The notes beneath the pieces are model-generated. The model saw nothing but the letters and a program-made list of their open reading frames with translations. It did no database searches and had not been told where the DNA came from. This document shows positions 29,128 through 34,123 of a DNA stretch of 34,123 nt, piece by piece. Each line of letters opens with the position of its first letter. Within the stretch, counting starts at the first letter, position 1. Made by a program: the position numbers and the translations under genes. The stretch is from an uncultured Gemmatimonadaceae bacterium (lineage in GTDB: Bacteria; Gemmatimonadota; Gemmatimonadetes; Gemmatimonadales; Gemmatimonadaceae), in the NCBI GenBank assembly GCA_963822945.1, contig CAWGJO010000019.1:1-34123 (forward strand). The letters run 5' to 3'.

Positions 29128-31818
29128 GTGGCTGGCATTCCCTCCCGGCTCGTGGCCGCCCTCGCCGACCGCTACCGCCTCGAGCGCGAGCTCGGGCAGG
29201 GCGGGATGGCGACCGTCTATCTCGCGCGCGATCTCAAGCACAACCGCGACGTCGCGATCAAGGTCCTGAAGCCCGAACTGGCCGCCGTGCTCGGCGCCGG
29301 GCGGTTTGTTCAGGAGATCGCGACGACCGCGGCCCTGCAGCATCCCAACATCCTGCCACTGTTCGACTCGGGAAGCGCCGACAGCTACCTCTATTACGTG
29401 ATGCCCTACGTCGAGGGCGAGACACTGCGGGCCAGGCTCGATCGTGAGACACAGCTTGGCGTGGAAGAGTCCGTGCAACTGATCCGTGAACTCGCCGACG
29501 CGCTCCAGTACGCGCACGCGCACGGGGTAGTGCACCGCGACATCAAGCCGGAGAACATCCTCATCCACGCCGGCCGTCCGACGGTTGCGGACTTCGGCAT
29601 CGCGCTTGCCGTGAGCGCGGCGGCTGGCGGGCGAATGACGGAAACCGGGCTCAGTCTCGGCACCCCGCACTACATGAGTCCGGAACAGGCGACGGCGGAG
29701 AAAACGATCACCGCGCGCAGCGATATCTACTCGCTGGCCAGCGTGTTGTACGAGATGCTCGCCGGCGAGCCGCCGCACACGGGCACGTCGGCACAGCAGA
29801 TTATCCGGAAAATCGTGACCGATGATCCTGTGCCGATCACGACGATCCGCAGGGCCGTGCCGCCGAACGTGGCGGCTGCGCTGGCGAAGGCCCTCGAGAA
29901 GCTCCCGGCCGACCGGTTTGACAGCGCCAAGACGTTCGCGGACGCACTCGCAAACCCAGCCTTCGCCGTCGCGGGGACCACGGCGGTGGGCGCGGCAGCC
30001 GGGCGGCCGACACCGCGGGCGTGGCTCCGCGCCGGCGCCGCCGGCGTGCTCGCCGGGGCGGCGATTGCCGCAGCGGTTATCGTGCCGCTCAAACTGCATG
30101 ACCGGGCGGCCCCGACGGACCGCTACCGGTTCGCCATCGCCGCGGGCGGGACGGCGGTCGCCACCCACACGACGCCTCAATTTGCGATCGCTGACGATGG
30201 CATGACCATCGCCTTCATCGCGAAGGATTCCGCGGGGGCGAGCCAGCTCTGGCTCCGGCGTCTCGATCAGGACACCGCCCAGCGTGTCCCCGGTTCGGAC
30301 GGCGCCAGCGCGCCGTTCTGGTCGCCCGACAGCCGATCGGTCGGCTTCTTCGTCGGCAACACCCTCGAGCGGTACACCATCGGGAACACTCGGCCGTCGC
30401 CAATCGGTGCGGTGAGCGGCTCGTCGTTCACCGCCGCCTGGATGTCCGACGACGAGATCCTGTTCTCCCCGTCCAACGGGCCGATTCTGCGCATGTCCGT
30501 GCGTGGCGGCGGGACCGTGCCGGTGACGACGCTCGATTCGGCTCGTGGCGACATCGCGGATGTCGGTCCGACGCGGCTGGCTGATGGGCGACACTTTCTC
30601 TATACGGCGCTCAGCTTCACCGGGAGTTCGTCCGGTCGCGTCACGCTGGTGGGCTCGCTGGATGGCGGGACCCCCATTCGGGTGATCGACGGCTTCCCGG
30701 CGTACGCGGCGCCGAACCATCTGATCGTAGTGCGCAACGGCGACCTGGTCTCGCTCGACTTCGATCAGAGGACCTTCCAGGTGCACGGCAACGGCGTCAC
30801 GATCGGCAGCGCTGAGACAGTCGGTGAACTCTTTGCATCGGCCAACGGCACGTTGGTGTGGTCGCGGCCGCCGAGTGAGCGGCATACGTCGCTCGAACTG
30901 TACGACCGGCGCGGAATGCGCGTCCGCACGATAGGTCCTTCGGCGTCCGAAGCCGATCACGGATACTACGGGGCGCGATTCTCGTCCGACGGCAGCCGGG
31001 TCGCGTTCGCGCATCACCTGGGCGAACGCGGTGGCGACCTCTACCTGTTCGACCTGGCGACCGGTACCGCAACGCGCGAGACGTTCAAGCCGACGACGCA
31101 CAACCCGCCGGGGCCGTGGTCGCCCGACGGCCGGCGCATCCTCATCAACTCCACGCGGAGCGGAGCGGACAACATCGATGTGAAGACGATCGGTCAGTCG
31201 GACCAGCACCTGATGGTGCCGCCGGTGGCGGTGGGGAGCTTCGCCTCGGATTGGTCGCGCGACGGCGGGACGATCCTCTTCGACCGGCCGAGCATGCGCA
31301 CGCAGGACGACGTGTGGGAGATGCCGGCGAGTGGAGATAGCAGCGCGGGCCCGCCCAAGCCGCTGCTCGCGTCACCCGCGAATGAGATGGAGGCGGTGTT
31401 CTCACCGGACGGTCGCTGGATTGCCTACGCGTCGGATGAAACCGGTCGCTTCGAAGTATATGTGCGCCGGTATCCGCTCACCGGTGAGCAGTGGAAGATC
31501 TCCGCCGATGGCGGCGAGGCGCCGCGGTGGCAGCGCGATGGCAAGGAACTCTTCTTCCTGGCGCCCCGTGGCGAGCAGACGGCCGTGATGGCGGCGTCGG
31601 TGGAGCTGGGCTCGAGCTTCCGCAGTGGCCGGCCCGTCGAGTTATTTCGGAAACCCATACAGCGGCTCCGGGGATTCTTGCGAAGCCTCATGCCCTACGA
31701 CATCTCCCCGGACGGGCAGCGGGTTGCGGTCATCGAGAACGACACGGTCGGTCCGACGCGAGTGCCGCAGGTGGAGGTGTTCGTGAATGCACTGAGTGCG
31801 GCGAGGTCTCCGCACTGA
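29128..31818 (+). CDS. Ser/Thr protein kinase with a TM helix and C-terminal TolB-like/PD40 beta-propeller repeats
   Basis: LGQGGMATVY, VAIKVL, HRDIKPEN, DFGIA, GTPHYMSPEQ; repeated FWSPD/FSPDGR motifs. Confidence 0.95.
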   Translation: MAGIPSRLVAALADRYRLERELGQGGMATVYLARDLKHNRDVAIKVLKPELAAVLGAGRFVQEIATTAALQHPNILPLFDSGSADSYLYYVMPYVEGETLRARLDRETQLGVEESVQLIRELADALQYAHAHGVVHRDIKPENILIHAGRPTVADFGIALAVSAAAGGRMTETGLSLGTPHYMSPEQATAEKTITARSDIYSLASVLYEMLAGEPPHTGTSAQQIIRKIVTDDPVPITTIRRAVPPNVAAALAKALEKLPADRFDSAKTFADALANPAFAVAGTTAVGAAAGRPTPRAWLRAGAAGVLAGAAIAAAVIVPLKLHDRAAPTDRYRFAIAAGGTAVATHTTPQFAIADDGMTIAFIAKDSAGASQLWLRRLDQDTAQRVPGSDGASAPFWSPDSRSVGFFVGNTLERYTIGNTRPSPIGAVSGSSFTAAWMSDDEILFSPSNGPILRMSVRGGGTVPVTTLDSARGDIADVGPTRLADGRHFLYTALSFTGSSSGRVTLVGSLDGGTPIRVIDGFPAYAAPNHLIVVRNGDLVSLDFDQRTFQVHGNGVTIGSAETVGELFASANGTLVWSRPPSERHTSLELYDRRGMRVRTIGPSASEADHGYYGARFSSDGSRVAFAHHLGERGGDLYLFDLATGTATRETFKPTTHNPPGPWSPDGRRILINSTRSGADNIDVKTIGQSDQHLMVPPVAVGSFASDWSRDGGTILFDRPSMRTQDDVWEMPASGDSSAGPPKPLLASPANEMEAVFSPDGRWIAYASDETGRFEVYVRRYPLTGEQWKISADGGEAPRWQRDGKELFFLAPRGEQTAVMAASVELGSSFRSGRPVELFRKPIQRLRGFLRSLMPYDISPDGQRVAVIENDTVGPTRVPQVEVFVNALSAARSPH

Positions 31819-31823
31819 GACGG

Positions 31824-31908
31824 TTCGGTCGACGGGCCCCCGGGTGTTCGACATTGAGATTCGATTGGCCAGCGGCGGCGGAACGCTCAATTCCGCAGAG
31901 AGTTAGGG
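31824..31908. repeat. att-like site copy 6 (degenerate core, arm retained)
   Basis: GGTGTTCGAC-ATTGAGATTCGATTGG...CGCTCA...GAGTTAG aligns to copy 3 (GGTGTGCCGAC...ATTGAGATTCCGTTGG...CTCTCA...GAGTTAG) with a short deletion. Confidence 0.55.
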
Positions 31909-32055
31909 CAGCCCCCGGCGCCCGGGGCCATACGGTGCCAGCGTTTGTTTTTATCGTGGGACTCCGATATCCGGGAATAGCGATTTGCCATAGTTCCACT
32001 TATTCGGCACGAGGTTGTCCTTGCATTTCTGGAACGTCACTCCATAATTGCAAGG

Positions 32056-33227
32056 ATGATCCATCGCCGCCTGCTCGCATCGCTTTCCGCCGCCCTCGAG
32101 GAATCTCCGGCCACCGCTCTGCTGGGGCCGCGGCAGGTCGGGAAGACCACGCTCGCGCTCGAAGTCGCCAAGACGCGGCCGGCGGTCTACCTCGACCTGG
32201 AGTCCGAAGCCGACCGGGCCAAACTCGCCGAGCCGGAACTGTACCTGGCGCAGCACGAGGACAAGCTGGTCATCCTCGACGAGATCCAGCGCACGCCGCA
32301 GCTCTTCCGCAGCCTGCGCGGGCTGATCGACGCCGGCCGGCGGCGCGGGCACGGGCAAGGGCCGTTTCCTGGTGCTGGGGTCGGCGTCGATGGACCTGCT
32401 CAAACAATCCAGCGAGTCGCTCGCCGGTCGCATCCGCTATCTGGAACTCGCCCCGCTCGACGCCGGCGAGGTGGGGCGCAAGCGCCTCGACGCCCTCTGG
32501 TTGCGCGGCGGCTTTCCGGAGAGTCTGCTCGCCGCCTCCGACGCCGCGAGCCTGCGCTGGCGCACGGATTTCATCCGCACCTACCTCGAACGCGACATCC
32601 CGCAGCTCGGGCCGCGCATTCCGGCCGAAACGCTGCGCCGGCTCTGGACCATGCTCGCGCATCAGCAGGGTGGGCTGCTCAATGCCGCGGCGCTGGCTCG
32701 CGCCCTGGCCGTGGACGGCAAGACGGTCGCGGCCTATCTCGACCTGCTCGTGGACCTACTCCTCGTGCGCCGCCTTGCGCCGTGGCACGGCAATGTCCGT
32801 AAGCGTCTGGTCAAGTCGCCCAAGGTCTACGTTCGCGACAGCGGGCTGGTGCACTGCGCTGCTTGGGGTCGGCGACCGCGAAGACCTGCTGGCGCACCCG
32901 GTGGCCGGCGGGAGCTGGGAAGGGTTGGCCATCGAGTCGCTGATCGCGCGCGGCGCCCCGCGGCACCGAGGCGCACTTCTTCCGTACCGCGGCCGGCGCC
33001 GAGATCGACCTCTTGCTCAAGCTGCCCGGCCATCGGAAGCCGTGGGCCATCGAGATCAAGCGCGGGCTGGCGCCGAAGCTCGAGACGGGGCTTCCAGCTC
33101 GCCTGCGAGACGGTGCGGCCGGAGCGCCGCCTCGTGGTCTATGGTGGAGCGGAGCGATTTCCGCTGGCCAAGGACGTGGAGGCGGTTTCGCTCGTGGGAG
33201 CTGTGCGAAGAGGTTGCCGCTGCGTGA
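32056..33227 (+). pseudogene. AAA+ ATPase (AAA_14) with DUF4143 C-terminal domain, several frameshifts
   Basis: Walker A GPRQVGKT, Walker B LVILDEIQ, LGSAS, LRGGFPES, KRLVKSPKVYVRDSGL, EIDLL...AIEIK. Confidence 0.85.
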
Positions 33228-33263
33228 GCGGGTTCAACACCCGACACGTAAGGAAGCACTGAC

Positions 33264-33876
33264 ATGGACATCGGGCGAAGCACGCTCCAGTTCAAGATCA
33301 CCCTGCGGCACATCGAACCGCGCATCTGGCGCCGCATCGAGGTGCCGGCGAGCTATTCGTTCTGGATCTGCACGTGGCCATCCAGGACGCCATGGGCTGG
33401 CTGGATTACCACCTCCACGTGTTCCGCGTGCGGAACCCTGAAACGCGGCAGGCCGAAGAGATCGGGATTCCCGACGACGATCCGTTCGAGGGCGATCCGG
33501 TGTACGTGCCCGGGTGGACCGTGCCCATCAGCAAGTATTTCTACGTCGGGGCACGCGGGCGCAGTACGAATATGATTTCGGCGACGGGTGGGAGCACGAT
33601 GTGGAACTGGAAGCCGTCGGAGGCCGCGAGCCGGGCACCAAATACCCCCGGTGCCTGGCAGGCGAGGGGGCGTGCCCGCCCGAGGACTGCGGTGGCCCGC
33701 CCGGCTACGAGCGCCTGCTCGAGATCTTGAGCAACGCAGCCGACGAGGAATACGAAGAGACCCTGGAATGGACGGGCGGGCAGTTCGACGCGAACGCATT
33801 CGCTCCCGAGGGCGTGCGATTCGACGACCCCAAGGTGCGCTGGCGCAAGGCATTCGGGGGGCGGCGGAGCCGGTAA
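33264..33876 (+). pseudogene. Plasmid pRiA4b ORF-3 family protein, two frameshifts
   Basis: QFKITLRHIEPRIWRRIEVP, IQDAMGWLDYHLHVF, YEYDFGDGWEH, ACPPEDCGGPPGY. Confidence 0.88.
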
Positions 33877-33887
33877 CGATCCGCGAC

Positions 33888-34115
33888 TCAGTTGTGATCG
33901 TCTGGCAGAACGATCTTGGGGTTTCGACGAAGCCCCTTCAGCTTCGCCCGCGTCATCGCCGAACCTTCAAACGCTGCGCGGAGTTCCTCCTCGCTCCTCA
34001 TGAGGAAAATGCCCGCCACCGCCTTCGCGTCCTTGCTCCCAATGACTTCCCGCGCCTCGGACCTCGGCGCCTTTGCGTTGCGGGGGAAGTGATGGTTGAA
34101 CGGGCATACCTCCTG
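33888..34115 (-). pseudogene. queG: queG 3' fragment, copy E (best conserved, open frame; missing from the ORF track)
   Basis: Hand translation: TS-QEVCPFNHHFPRNAKAPRSEAREVIGSKDAKAVAGIFLMRSEEELRAAFEGSAMTRAKLKGLRRNPKIVLPDDHN*, matching the QueG CxxCQxxCPxN ... RAKLxGLxRN segment. Confidence 0.82.
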
Positions 34116-34123
34116 GGAGGTGT
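34102..34123. repeat. att-like site copy 7 (cut by the window edge)
   Basis: GGGCATACCTCCTGGGAGGTGT, nearly identical to the core of copy 1. Confidence 0.8.

Noticed and set aside
6284..34123. CRISPR array interpretation of the palindromic repeats
   Set aside because: Copies are kilobases apart, separated by whole genes, diverged and partly queG-derived; no cas genes are present.

Overview
High-GC accessory region, probably from a Gemmatimonadota-like bacterium (inferred from the PadR + duplicated-permease modules, the Ser/Thr kinase with PD40 repeats and the CarboxypepD_reg protein). The most striking structure is not in the ORF track. Six clear and one degenerate copy of a palindromic site (SGGCAC-N14-GTGCCG, usually followed by ACAAAACTGTATTG) lie in the same orientation in intergenic gaps at about 6.3, 9.3, 11.1, 23.25, 28.9, 31.8 and 34.1 kb. 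Five of them are fused to a decayed 3' fragment of queG (epoxyqueuosine reductase) that begins inside the second 4Fe-4S motif (C-QEVCPxN). This looks like a tandem array of integrase-free gene cassettes accreted at a queG attachment site; the intact queG 5' half and the recombinase would lie outside the window, probably to the right. The left part holds a complete IS3-family element, a split IS91/ISCR-type transposase remnant with an oriIS-like end, an integron cassette with attC sites but no integrase, and a coupled pair of a pore-former-like protein and an HEXXH protein. Many genes carry frameshifts, which may be sequencing indels or decay.
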